A stretch of DNA of 64,000 nucleotides, taken from IMG/VR virus record IMGVR_UViG_3300019776_000961, positions 32,001 to 96,000 of that record. One strand, written 5' to 3'. Under the pieces are notes generated by a model. It was given only the letters and a program-made list of their open reading frames with translations. It was not told the DNA's origin and did not search any database. Source of the stretch: a virus. Shown piece after piece: positions 35,588 to 44,732 of this stretch. The position numbers and the translations under genes were made by a program. Each line of letters begins with the position of its first letter. Within the stretch, counting starts at the first letter, position 1.

Positions 35588-36438
35588 AAACCCATATATT
35601 GCTTTCTTAATCCGTAGAAATTATCTATATCGTGCTCAAGTAATTTCTCTAGATCTTCCCTACGGTATGTATGTGCAGAGCAAAACGCTTGTATTTTGTT
35701 ATAGAAAGTAAATAATTCGCTAAGTTCAATATTAGCATTAAATTTATCGTTTAGATAATTAGTAGTACGCATCATACTAACAGGGTCAGACATAAATCCA
35801 ACAAAATCATTATTACCATTTATTATATTCGTTTGTCTGTAACAATTTTCATCGGTTTCTACTTTTTCATCTATTACAAATACTCCTTTTGCTTCTATAT
35901 ATGCATCAATATATTCTTTAAGATCAACAATATGATTATCTGCGTCGTTAGATGAAAGAAGGTTTAATTGTTTACCATAATATTGAACAACTTCTTTATA
36001 TAGTCGCGGTAGAGCAACACCGCAACCGAGAGCTTTCATAAAGAAATACATTTCATAAGCACGATCTACTGGGTGAATAATCGTACTAATAATAAAGTCA
36101 TCTTGTTGCTTATAAATGCGTTCAGTATTTAAAATTCCAAGTACCATATCTGTTTCACTACGAAACTGCTCATCGAACACAATGTAATTCTTACCATTTT
36201 CATGATGCATGAGTGTTTTATTTCTTAAAGCATCGTCAAAGGATTTATGAAACTCACATTTACTATTTAAAGACTGATATGTAGCAGAGAGTGCCATATA
36301 ATACCACTCATCAGGTGTTTCTTTATAATAAAAGTCTATCGTCTTACCACGAGGTCGGTATCTCTCCGGGTTACAATTAAAGAGTTTATTAAAAAAATAC
36401 GGATAAAACCTATTAGGCTGCGCAGCGTATATAACCAT
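35584..36438 (-). CDS. sulfotransferase-fold-like protein, tandem copy 3
   Basis: IIHPVDRAYEMYFF (RDP..R..S.Y-like), DFVGF, DLEKLLEHDIDNFY. Confidence 0.55.
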   Translation of the reverse strand: MVIYAAQPNRFYPYFFNKLFNCNPERYRPRGKTIDFYYKETPDEWYYMALSATYQSLNSKCEFHKSFDDALRNKTLMHHENGKNYIVFDEQFRSETDMVLGILNTERIYKQQDDFIISTIIHPVDRAYEMYFFMKALGCGVALPRLYKEVVQYYGKQLNLLSSNDADNHIVDLKEYIDAYIEAKGVFVIDEKVETDENCYRQTNIINGNNDFVGFMSDPVSMMRTTNYLNDKFNANIELSELFTFYNKIQAFCSAHTYRREDLEKLLEHDIDNFYGLRKQYMGF

Positions 36439-36439
36439 A

Positions 36440-37288
36440 TTAAAATCCCATATATTGTTTTCTTAGACCATAAAAATGCTCTACATCATCAGCTAAGAGT
36501 TTTTCTAATTCAGAGCGACGGTAAGTATTAGCAGCACAGAATTGTTGTATCTTTTTATAGAAAACAAATAACTCATTATGATCAATCTTGGTGCCGAATT
36601 TATTATTTAAATAAACGGTGGTACGCAATATACTTACAGGATCTGACATAAACCCGACGAAGTCATTATTACCTCCGATTATATTTGTCTGCTTGTAGCT
36701 ATTTTCATCTATCTGTACATTGTCAATAATGGAAAACACTCCCTTTGTTTCAATATATGCATCGATAAAGGTCTCAAGTGTGGCTGAATTATCATCGTCT
36801 TCATGAAGGCTTAACTGCTTCACGTAAAACTGTATAATATTTTTATGCAACAATGGAAGTGCTACACCGCTCTTTAAAGCATTTATGAAAAAGCATAGTT
36901 CATATACACGATCAATAGGATGAATGATAGTGCTTATAATGAAATCGTCTTTTTGCTTATAGATGCGTTCGGTATTCATTATACCTAAAACCATATCAGT
37001 CTTGCTACGAAACTCTTCATCGAAGTAAATGTAGTTTTTACCGTTTTCATGGTACATTAGTTCCTTATCATTAATAACATCATTATACGACCGGTGATAC
37101 TGACACACACTCTCTAGGGTTTGATAAGAACCAGTAAAGAGTGACATTGAATACCATTTTTCTGGTGATTCTTTGTAGAAAAGATCTACAGTTTTACCAC
37201 AAGGTCGATACTTTGCTGGATTACAATCAAAGAATTTTTTGAAAAAATATGGGTAAAAACGATTTGGCTGCGCTGCGTATATAATCAT
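36440..37288 (-). CDS. sulfotransferase-fold-like protein, tandem copy 2
   Basis: IIHPIDRVYELCFF, DFVGF, ELEKLLADDVEHFY. Confidence 0.55.
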   Translation of the reverse strand: MIIYAAQPNRFYPYFFKKFFDCNPAKYRPCGKTVDLFYKESPEKWYSMSLFTGSYQTLESVCQYHRSYNDVINDKELMYHENGKNYIYFDEEFRSKTDMVLGIMNTERIYKQKDDFIISTIIHPIDRVYELCFFINALKSGVALPLLHKNIIQFYVKQLSLHEDDDNSATLETFIDAYIETKGVFSIIDNVQIDENSYKQTNIIGGNNDFVGFMSDPVSILRTTVYLNNKFGTKIDHNELFVFYKKIQQFCAANTYRRSELEKLLADDVEHFYGLRKQYMGF

Positions 37289-37289
37289 A

Positions 37290-38162
37290 TTAAAAACCCA
37301 TAAATTGTTTCTTTAGACCGTTATAATGTTCAATATCATTTTCCAAGAGTTTTTCTAAATCTTTACGACGGTATGTATGTTTATCGCAAAACTCCTTTAT
37401 TTTTTTTGAAAACACTAATAGCTCATCAACTCGTACTCCTAAGTTAAACTTTTGATTAAAAAAGTTCACTGTACGTAGTATGCTTACAGGGTCGGTTATA
37501 AAGCCTATGAAATCATTATTACCACCTACAACATTTACTTGTCTATAATTGTTTTCATCAGTTGTGATTTTATCATAAAGCTCGAACACACCTTTATTCT
37601 CAATATAGGCATCAATATATTCTTCTATTGTTATGAGTTGATATACTGATCTAAGTGATACATCACGATTTTTTGTTGTGACACCTAGTTTCTTACCGTA
37701 AAATTTTAAATCCTCTCTTGACATTTGTGGAAGTGCCTTTCCACATGATATTGTTGTCATAAAATAATACATTTCATAAACTCTATCTACTGGATGTATG
37801 ATTGTACTGACAATAACGTCGTCTTGTTCTTTATAAATTCTCTCTGCATTCAATATACCAATAGTCATATTATGTTCACTACGATGTCTTTCATCGAAGT
37901 AAATATAATTCTTACCATTTTTATGGAGAAGACGTTCTTTATTGTTAAATGCATCAGTAAACGATTGATGAAATGTGCATTCACTTAGATTGACATCAAC
38001 AAGGGGTTCAATAAGCGGTATGTTGTACCACTCATCAAGCTCCTTTTTATATAAAAAGTGAAGCGATTTACCACAGGGACGATATTTGTCACGTATATCA
38101 TTATAAAACTTACCGAAAAAATAAGGATAAAAACGATTCGGCTGTGCAGCGTAGATTATCAT
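37290..38162 (-). CDS. sulfotransferase-fold-like protein, tandem copy 1
   Basis: Start reassigned to ATG 38162 (MIIYAAQPNRFYPYFF, as in the paralogs); IIHPVDRVYEMYYF. Confidence 0.55.
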   Translation of the reverse strand: MIIYAAQPNRFYPYFFGKFYNDIRDKYRPCGKSLHFLYKKELDEWYNIPLIEPLVDVNLSECTFHQSFTDAFNNKERLLHKNGKNYIYFDERHRSEHNMTIGILNAERIYKEQDDVIVSTIIHPVDRVYEMYYFMTTISCGKALPQMSREDLKFYGKKLGVTTKNRDVSLRSVYQLITIEEYIDAYIENKGVFELYDKITTDENNYRQVNVVGGNNDFIGFITDPVSILRTVNFFNQKFNLGVRVDELLVFSKKIKEFCDKHTYRRKDLEKLLENDIEHYNGLKKQFMGF

Positions 38163-38215
38163 TTCACAATTAATTATCACTTGCTGTAAGGAAATAAAGA
38201 TGTAAATATTTTTGT

Positions 38216-38431
38216 ATGGAGAATTTTGATAAATTTGCGGATGACTTTTTTGATGGATCGAAACCATGTCCCGATGCAATACCATTCTGCACACAACTCC
38301 GTGCCAAGTATCAAGAGGAGATATCCAAGCTCGGCAATGGATGCGCTTCATGTCAAGTTTCGCAGATTAGAGTGAAATATATTACCGATCTATGGCAAAA
38401 TTATATTAAGTCGCTCGTTAATAAAGCATGA
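38216..38431 (+). CDS. small Cys-rich late protein
   Basis: CP....C...GCASCQ; TAAATA upstream. Confidence 0.6.
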   Translation: MENFDKFADDFFDGSKPCPDAIPFCTQLRAKYQEEISKLGNGCASCQVSQIRVKYITDLWQNYIKSLVNKA

Positions 38432-38760
38432 ACTATATCATATTATACACTCTTGGTCTCCTGTTTACATGTAATGCATGTTTAATTTGGTTTTATAGTC
38501 CCCTTAAAATTACACTCGGTCAATTTCTTTTTGATAAAGACCTGTATACAGTTGAGCAATTTGAAACACGCTTGCTTATTCGTAATGCCTTTTTAGGTAA
38601 ACTGTTGAGCTGCTATATATGCTTCTCGTTCTGGGTGTCACTCTTTATCGGTATAGTATTTGCACTCTTAAGTCTTGTACCCATTTGGTTTATAGCTGTT
38701 ACAGCAGGTACATATCCCTGTCTTTGTTATCTTTATAAAACTATTGTCGACAAATCTTAG
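38428..38760 (+). CDS. DUF1360-like membrane protein
   Basis: GKLLSCYICFSFWV within hydrophobic helices. Confidence 0.6.
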   Translation: MNYIILYTLGLLFTCNACLIWFYSPLKITLGQFLFDKDLYTVEQFETRLLIRNAFLGKLLSCYICFSFWVSLFIGIVFALLSLVPIWFIAVTAGTYPCLCYLYKTIVDKS

Positions 38761-39217
38761 CGAAAGAAGTATAGTATTTGCAGAACTTCGTTAGATATGT
38801 GCGCACAAATTGTCTAGCATCAATTTCAAGACGGTTTCTATAATATGCGTTTGTATTATTCAATACATCGTCTTCTGTGTAGTCTATTTCTCGTACCCCG
38901 ATTTTATAGATATTAGACTGCATCCAATGTCTGAATTCATGAAGGATATGATCAAATATTTCTCTGTGTTGTCTTGTTAGACTATCGCCTGAATAGTAGG
39001 GCTTGTCGCAGAGGTAGATTTTATTAGTTCTAAAGTGATACTCGCTACTTTCTGCCTCTCTTACTTGTATTACAATATTAATAACACGCACCTTTACTGA
39101 GGGGTGTACTTCTGAGATAAGTAGAGAAAGTGCAGAGCTCAAAGCTGTTAGATCGATCTTGTGATTGCGGAGCCACTTTTTCGACTTCCTTGTTGCTGTA
39201 AGATTATAGATATTCAT
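38741..39217 (-). CDS. HExxH metallopeptidase-like protein
   Basis: LHEFRHWMQ ... Y.N.LEIDAR; start reassigned to ATG 39217. Confidence 0.6.
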   Translation of the reverse strand: MNIYNLTATRKSKKWLRNHKIDLTALSSALSLLISEVHPSVKVRVINIVIQVREAESSEYHFRTNKIYLCDKPYYSGDSLTRQHREIFDHILHEFRHWMQSNIYKIGVREIDYTEDDVLNNTNAYYRNRLEIDARQFVRTYLTKFCKYYTSFAKICRQ

Positions 39218-39262
39218 ATAATTTGATATTGCATTTGTAAATTGCGCATGTATTATATCTTT

Positions 39263-39472
39263 ATGTTTATCGAACATTATAACGCCTACATCATCAATAG
39301 CACTACGAAAAATGTAAAAAAGGTAAAGGTTAAGGCCGATACTGCCATTATTGCTCATAAGAAGGCTATGATGGATACAAACGCAATCTCCGAGGAGATT
39401 ACCAAGATCACGGACAGTCAGGGGGTAGCAGTTTATACCCTCAAGGATGGCTTTTTAGAGCCTGCAGCATAA
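39263..39472 (+). CDS. hypothetical protein
   Basis: ATG 6 nt after TATTAT. Confidence 0.55.
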   Translation: MFIEHYNAYIINSTTKNVKKVKVKADTAIIAHKKAMMDTNAISEEITKITDSQGVAVYTLKDGFLEPAA

Positions 39473-39482
39473 TATAGTATAT

Positions 39483-39671
39483 ATGAACAAAGAAGACGAA
39501 CAGTTGTCAACTGATCTTACGGTGGCAGATCTTAAGGTTATTGTCGCTTTAATAGAAGCATGCTCCACGCGTGGTGTTTTTAAGGCGAATGAGCTTTCTA
39601 TTATCGGCAAAGTTTTTGATAAAATTGTTGCTATATTAAAGCCTCTAGAGAATGAAAATAAAGGGAATTAG
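39483..39671 (+). CDS. conserved small protein of T4-like phages
   Basis: DL..I..LIE..S.RG.F.A.EL..IG.VFDKI pattern. Confidence 0.65.
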   Translation: MNKEDEQLSTDLTVADLKVIVALIEACSTRGVFKANELSIIGKVFDKIVAILKPLENENKGN

Positions 39672-39837
39672 AAACTTAGAAATAGAAGATAGAGGTAACG
39701 GTAAATATAATATTATAGTTGACTACACAACAGAGTTTGAAGATATTGTAAAGACAGCTCTAGGAAAAAAGCGTGTAACAAAAAAAGATATATTGACATT
39801 TATAACCGACGCTATTAAACTTATTAAAAATGCATAA
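39652..39837 (+). CDS. hypothetical protein
   Basis: 61-aa ORF, overlapping operon packing. Confidence 0.55.
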   Translation: MKIKGIRNLEIEDRGNGKYNIIVDYTTEFEDIVKTALGKKRVTKKDILTFITDAIKLIKNA

Positions 39838-40063
39838 TATAAGCCTGACAAGAACGCATACCACAGGTAACGGGTCCCTGCATGTTGAACTCTCAATTAA
39901 TGGTAAAGATGTAGGACTACTGTATCTTACTCAACAGGAAGCAAGTATTTTAGTAAATACACTCAAACACGGTATACAAGATGGTGGAGCCCGTGTTGTA
40001 TGTGATTTGAGTGAAGAAGAGTATTTTGATTACAATACTGATATTTACGACGACGAACTTTAA
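39830..40063 (+). CDS. hypothetical protein
   Basis: 77-aa ORF with acidic tail. Confidence 0.55.
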   Translation: MHNISLTRTHTTGNGSLHVELSINGKDVGLLYLTQQEASILVNTLKHGIQDGGARVVCDLSEEEYFDYNTDIYDDEL

Positions 40064-40066
40064 TTA

Positions 40067-40756
40067 ATGATTACATTTGATCCAGTAAGACACCAATATA
40101 AGAACGATTTTACTGGTGAGCTATATACTTCAGTAACTACTCTTCTCGGTAAATACAAAAAGCCGTTTGATTCTGTTACTGCCGCTGAGCGTGTAGCAAA
40201 GCGTGAGGGCAAGACAGTAGAAACTGTACTTGCAGAATGGAAGACGCTTAATACTGCTAGTCAAGAATACGGTACCCTTATTCATAGTATTATAGAAGAC
40301 TATAATAAAGAGCAAAAAATTCGTAAAGGTTACGAGGATTTAATCACGTCATATAATGCCCTCGGTATCTTAGATGTTTGGAATGACACCTTGTATAGTG
40401 AGAAACTGTTACATCTACATTCTTACAAGCTAGCGGGTACTGCTGATATTATTCGCGATGAAGGTAAAGGTGGATTTAGCATCTTTGATATTAAGACAAA
40501 TAAGAAATTTAACTTCTTTAGTCAATACAATGAAAGATTGCTCTCACCTCTTGATCACCTTACAGCATGTGAATTTACTTCTTATAGTCTGCAACTTTCT
40601 CTATATGCTCTTATGTATCAAAATCTCACCGGTAGGCATTTGAATCAGTTGGGTATATTCTATTATGATCGTGAGTCTTTATCGTTTAAATACTATCCAG
40701 TTGTCTATATGAGAACTGACGTAATAAACTTACTGACTCACTATGCAAAGAGTTAA
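40067..40756 (+). CDS. PD-(D/E)XK (Cas4/RecB-like) exonuclease
   Basis: SVTTLL, GTLIHS.IE, SE, AGTADII...IFDIKT, QL..YA. Confidence 0.85.
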   Translation: MITFDPVRHQYKNDFTGELYTSVTTLLGKYKKPFDSVTAAERVAKREGKTVETVLAEWKTLNTASQEYGTLIHSIIEDYNKEQKIRKGYEDLITSYNALGILDVWNDTLYSEKLLHLHSYKLAGTADIIRDEGKGGFSIFDIKTNKKFNFFSQYNERLLSPLDHLTACEFTSYSLQLSLYALMYQNLTGRHLNQLGIFYYDRESLSFKYYPVVYMRTDVINLLTHYAKS

Positions 40757-41189
40757 TTGGGACGAACATGCTTTAATTCTTGCTTTTGGTGCGACGCTAA
40801 GAAGCGAGGACCCGTACAAGAAAGTTGGTGCTTGTGCTTTGGATAAAAACAACCACGTCCTTGGTGTCGCATATAACGGACTTGCTACTGGTAAAATTGT
40901 ATCAGATTCGTTCTGGCTCGATCGCGATGCTAGGCGTCCGTATATGATTCATGCTGAGTCTAATTTATTAGCACGTGTAAAAGTTGGTGAAGCGCGTACT
41001 ATCGCTGTTACACTGCAACCTTGTCTTGCTTGCGCATCAGCTATTGTTGCTCACAGAATACCACGTGTAGTTTATTGTGAAACGTATTCAAAGGACTTAA
41101 AGGGATTAGATTTGTTATATTTCTATGGGGTTGAGGTAGTGCAAATTCCTAAAGATCAAATAATTAAACGTATACATGAAATTCATTGA
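40743..41189 (+). CDS. cd: dCMP deaminase
   Basis: RSED...KVGA, YNG, HAESN, PCLAC. Confidence 0.9.
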   Translation: MQRVNWDEHALILAFGATLRSEDPYKKVGACALDKNNHVLGVAYNGLATGKIVSDSFWLDRDARRPYMIHAESNLLARVKVGEARTIAVTLQPCLACASAIVAHRIPRVVYCETYSKDLKGLDLLYFYGVEVVQIPKDQIIKRIHEIH

Positions 41190-41655
41190 CATTATTTTAC
41201 AAAATAGTCAAGCTAAGGAAGCAAAATTATATGGGCCCTCGAAAAAAGCCTCAGAAAAACCAGAGACTGGTGTTGTAATACAAAATCCATCTGCATTTCA
41301 CGTTATTAAGGATTGTGCAACTCTTGCAAATAAATATCTTCCTCATTATATCTTTGGTTTGTATGCAAATCCCTTTGAAGTTCTAAAGGGTAAATTTACT
41401 AAGGCAGACGTAGAAGAATTTGTACAAAGCGCAAATTCTGATATTGTTCAATATCAACTTCTTGTTCTTATTCTCAAAAAAGCTCAGCAACTCGTAGGTG
41501 AGTCAAGTAATAGTACTGAACCAGTACCCTTTACTACTACAATATCATCTAACGATCCGTATGGTGAATATGAGTCATACTCTCAACCTGTTAATACAAC
41601 AAAATCTATGGATACAGTGACTATTATTTGTACTGCTTTCCAAGTTACTTCGTAA
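41176..41655 (+). CDS. hypothetical protein
   Basis: 159-aa ORF in the operon. Confidence 0.6.
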   Translation: MKFIDIILQNSQAKEAKLYGPSKKASEKPETGVVIQNPSAFHVIKDCATLANKYLPHYIFGLYANPFEVLKGKFTKADVEEFVQSANSDIVQYQLLVLILKKAQQLVGESSNSTEPVPFTTTISSNDPYGEYESYSQPVNTTKSMDTVTIICTAFQVTS

Positions 41656-41667
41656 TAAATATTATAT

Positions 41668-42027
41668 ATGAAGCTTATTGCTCCTTTACTCAAAATACAA
41701 AACCAGCTGCGTATATATCACTGGCAGTCAGAAACATACGGACAACATAAAGCTTTTGGTAAAGCTTACGAGTCTTTAGATGACTTAATTGATTCTTTTG
41801 TAGAGGTGTATATGGGTAAAAACGGTAAGACTCATGCATCGGTTACGTATAATTTTGAACTCGGTAATTTAGATGAGAACTATCTTACTATTATTGATTC
41901 ATATATTAGCTTTCTCGTTGACCTCAATGATATTTTTGATACAGAACCTGATACTGATTTGCTCAATATACGCGATGAAATGCTCGCTGTTCTTAACAGA
42001 TTAAAATACCTTCTCACTTTACAGTAG
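41668..42027 (+). CDS. DUF5856 ferritin/Dps-like protein
   Basis: Q.QLRIYHWQ...YGQHKAF...YE.LDDLID.FVE..MGK. Confidence 0.75.
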   Translation: MKLIAPLLKIQNQLRIYHWQSETYGQHKAFGKAYESLDDLIDSFVEVYMGKNGKTHASVTYNFELGNLDENYLTIIDSYISFLVDLNDIFDTEPDTDLLNIRDEMLAVLNRLKYLLTLQ

Positions 42028-42098
42028 TATGTTTAAATTTATTTTTAGATATATAGGTCGGTTATTACTTCGTAGTAGAGACAAATACACGTATTAAT

Positions 42099-43049
42099 AT
42101 GTTTGGGTCTCTTTTTTTATCGGAGAAATTTTTTTCTATCGCTAAATATATTAATGCAGGGTTTCTCAAAAAAACTCTCTCTGTATTTTCTAAAAAATTA
42201 AATAATAATTTTCCAAATATTTGGAGCAATACACCTCACTGTATTGATTATGATAGAACTATAGTTTCTACTAGTAATTGGTCATGTACAGACTCTGAAG
42301 AGGCTTATAAAACACACGGACATAAAATATATGACGAAAAAAGTATTGTTTATAAATTAAACAAACAAGAATTTAGGGTGTATGAAACACCGACTACTGA
42401 TCAGAAGATAGCCTGTTTCGGTTGTAGTCAAACATTTGGAAGTGCATTACCAGATGAACACACCTGGGTGTATAAATTAAATGAAAAACTTGGGTTCGAT
42501 CAATATACATGCTACAATTATGGTCTTCAGGGTGCATCAAACGATACTATTAGTCGGTTAGTTTATAGTTTATTACAGACAGAAAAGCCAAATGCTGTAG
42601 TGTGTTTTTTTCCTGATATTTTTAGAGTTGAGTATTTTAATATGGGTAAAAGAGATGGCGATGTTCATAATTTTTGGCCTCGGGTTATACACGTTAATAA
42701 AAATATTAGCAGCGCTGAATACAATGCCTATACAACAGTTACTAATGAGTATAATGCATTTTTTAATTTTATTAAAAATTTTAAATTAATTGAAGCCCTT
42801 TGTGAGTTACACGATATACCGTTTGTGTGGTATACATGGTCGCTTGCGGTAGTTGGATTAGATGGTTGTATTATTAAAAGATATTTAAATTCAGATAGCT
42901 TAATTAAACCAGATGGTAGTTTAGTTGATCTATTAAAAGATAATCCTGAGTGTTGGAAGGATCTTGCAAGAGATAATATACACTTCGGTCCAGTGTTTAA
43001 TAACCTACTTGCAGAAGAGTTTAAAACACTATTGCTTAAAAAATTGTAA
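42099..43049 (+). CDS. SGNH/GDSL hydrolase-like protein
   Basis: FGCSQTFG, NYG.QGASN, DNIHFG. Confidence 0.7.
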   Translation: MFGSLFLSEKFFSIAKYINAGFLKKTLSVFSKKLNNNFPNIWSNTPHCIDYDRTIVSTSNWSCTDSEEAYKTHGHKIYDEKSIVYKLNKQEFRVYETPTTDQKIACFGCSQTFGSALPDEHTWVYKLNEKLGFDQYTCYNYGLQGASNDTISRLVYSLLQTEKPNAVVCFFPDIFRVEYFNMGKRDGDVHNFWPRVIHVNKNISSAEYNAYTTVTNEYNAFFNFIKNFKLIEALCELHDIPFVWYTWSLAVVGLDGCIIKRYLNSDSLIKPDGSLVDLLKDNPECWKDLARDNIHFGPVFNNLLAEEFKTLLLKKL

Positions 43050-44472
43050 TACCTGTCTGTAAGTTAAACTCGTGCGCATCAGCAAATGTATTAACGAGCG
43101 GGTATCCTTTAATGTTGAGTGAGGTATTAAGTAGAAGTGGTATACCTGTTTCGCGATACCATTCTTCTAAAATAGGCCGAAGAACAGTATTACAGTCTTT
43201 ACTTACGGTTTGCACTCTAGAAGTCTTATCTCTGTGTGTAACACCGGGATACGCAAGATGTAATTTATTCTTAAACGTATAATTCATAAATCGTGATTCA
43301 TCAATACATGTATTAAAGACATTGTGAAAATGTTCTTCTAAAATTGCAGGTGCAAACGGTCTAAACTTCTCACGTCGCTTGATTAAATTAACATTCTCTC
43401 TTGTATTTTGTCCGCGTGGGTCTGCGAGTAACGATCTATTACCAAGAGCTCGCGGACCAAATTCAGCTTTTCCATTTGCTATACCCACAGCTTTACCTTT
43501 TTTCAGCGTATCTATAACTTGATCAATATTAACCCTGCGTTGAATATCATAACCTATATACGGATTGTATATATGCTTTTGTTTAAAATAAGCTAAACCA
43601 GCGCCGTAACTATTACCTGCATCGCCTGCATTAGGGAATACCCAAACATTATCAAAAAGACTTCTATAATGTGAGTTTGCAACACAATTCAATGCACAAC
43701 CTCCACTAAAACATGCATTTTTAATATCTGTGTATTGCATCTTAAAATAATTGCAAAGACCGAATGTGAGTTCTTCGTATATATCTTGTACGCTTGCTGC
43801 TAAATCAAATTTATTACTATAGTTAAATTTGACACCGGTGTGTAAATTCTCTTTCAACCGTATATCTGGATACTGTATGTCAAAAAAACGTTCATATATC
43901 TGTTTTTTATATGTTGGCTCACCATAAGCAGCCATGCCCATTAATATAAATTCTTCCTCGTTAGGTTTTAGACCGAGTAATTTCGTAAATGCACTGTAAA
44001 ACAAACCGAGGGAATGCGGGTATTGTTGGTTATATATCTTTGTTAATTCAACGCCTGATGATTTCCATACACTCATTGTATTAAATTCACCAATGCTATC
44101 AAAAACAAAAACAAGTGATTTGTCAAATGGTGCAGTATATGCAGCAGCTGCAGCATGAGAGTGATGATGATCAATATACTTGATGTCTACATCAATATCA
44201 AACTGCTTGAGATGTGTTCTCGGTAGCATATCCAATACTCTGACATCTCTTGTAAGAAGTTGACGTGCTTTTTTAATAAGTGGGCGATCTGACCATAGAA
44301 TTTGATCTGGTTTACCGTGTGTTAAAGCATATTCAATAAGCTCACTATTAAGGTGTGGGTCATTTTTAATACGACTAAATCTCTCACTGTGTGATGCGAA
44401 TATAGGTGCACCGTTCTTGAAGACTGTTAGAGATGCATCGTGGTTAAGAGCGTTAATACCCCAAGCTATCAT
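43036..44472 (-). CDS. carbamoyltransferase (NodU/CmcH/TobZ family)
   Basis: GINALNHDAS, ERFSRIK, DHHHSHAA, DSIGE, GGCALN, GDAG, EFGPRALGNRSLLADPR, LLNTSLN. Confidence 0.93.
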   Translation of the reverse strand: MIAWGINALNHDASLTVFKNGAPIFASHSERFSRIKNDPHLNSELIEYALTHGKPDQILWSDRPLIKKARQLLTRDVRVLDMLPRTHLKQFDIDVDIKYIDHHHSHAAAAAYTAPFDKSLVFVFDSIGEFNTMSVWKSSGVELTKIYNQQYPHSLGLFYSAFTKLLGLKPNEEEFILMGMAAYGEPTYKKQIYERFFDIQYPDIRLKENLHTGVKFNYSNKFDLAASVQDIYEELTFGLCNYFKMQYTDIKNACFSGGCALNCVANSHYRSLFDNVWVFPNAGDAGNSYGAGLAYFKQKHIYNPYIGYDIQRRVNIDQVIDTLKKGKAVGIANGKAEFGPRALGNRSLLADPRGQNTRENVNLIKRREKFRPFAPAILEEHFHNVFNTCIDESRFMNYTFKNKLHLAYPGVTHRDKTSRVQTVSKDCNTVLRPILEEWYRETGIPLLLNTSLNIKGYPLVNTFADAHEFNLQTGITIF

Positions 44473-44549
44473 AATAACGTAATTATTTAAACATTTTTTC
44501 AAATAATCATAGGAAAAAAGTTCCTTAAAGCTTAATTATTTAAACATAT

Positions 44550-44732
44550 ATGGTCAAGCTTATAAAAAAGATTGCAGGTGAATTTTTTGATTTCACGGGA
44601 AAGAGCAAGACCGAAGCAAATAGTGAGGCTGAGCCGGTATTAAAAACCCGCGCACAATTAATACAAGAGGGTAAGAGTGCTTACTTACCGAAGCGTGTGA
44701 AACATGGCCACCCTTTAAATATAAAGCTCTAG
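44550..44732 (+). CDS. small hypothetical protein
   Basis: 60-aa ORF between flanking genes. Confidence 0.45.
   Translation: MVKLIKKIAGEFFDFTGKSKTEANSEAEPVLKTRAQLIQEGKSAYLPKRVKHGHPLNIKL

Noticed and set aside
17200-38162. Diversity-generating retroelement acting on the fibres or paralogs
   Set aside because: I saw no reverse transcriptase and no near-identical TR/VR pair differing at adenines; the repeats are ordinary tandem duplications.
38163-38351. N-terminal extension of the 37290-38351 ORF
   Set aside because: The paralogs start at M(I/V)IYAAQPNR, and the extension overlaps the plus-strand gene at 38216.
40067-40756. CRISPR-Cas because of the Cas4-like nuclease
   Set aside because: There is no repeat-spacer array or other cas gene; solo PD-(D/E)XK nucleases are common in phages.
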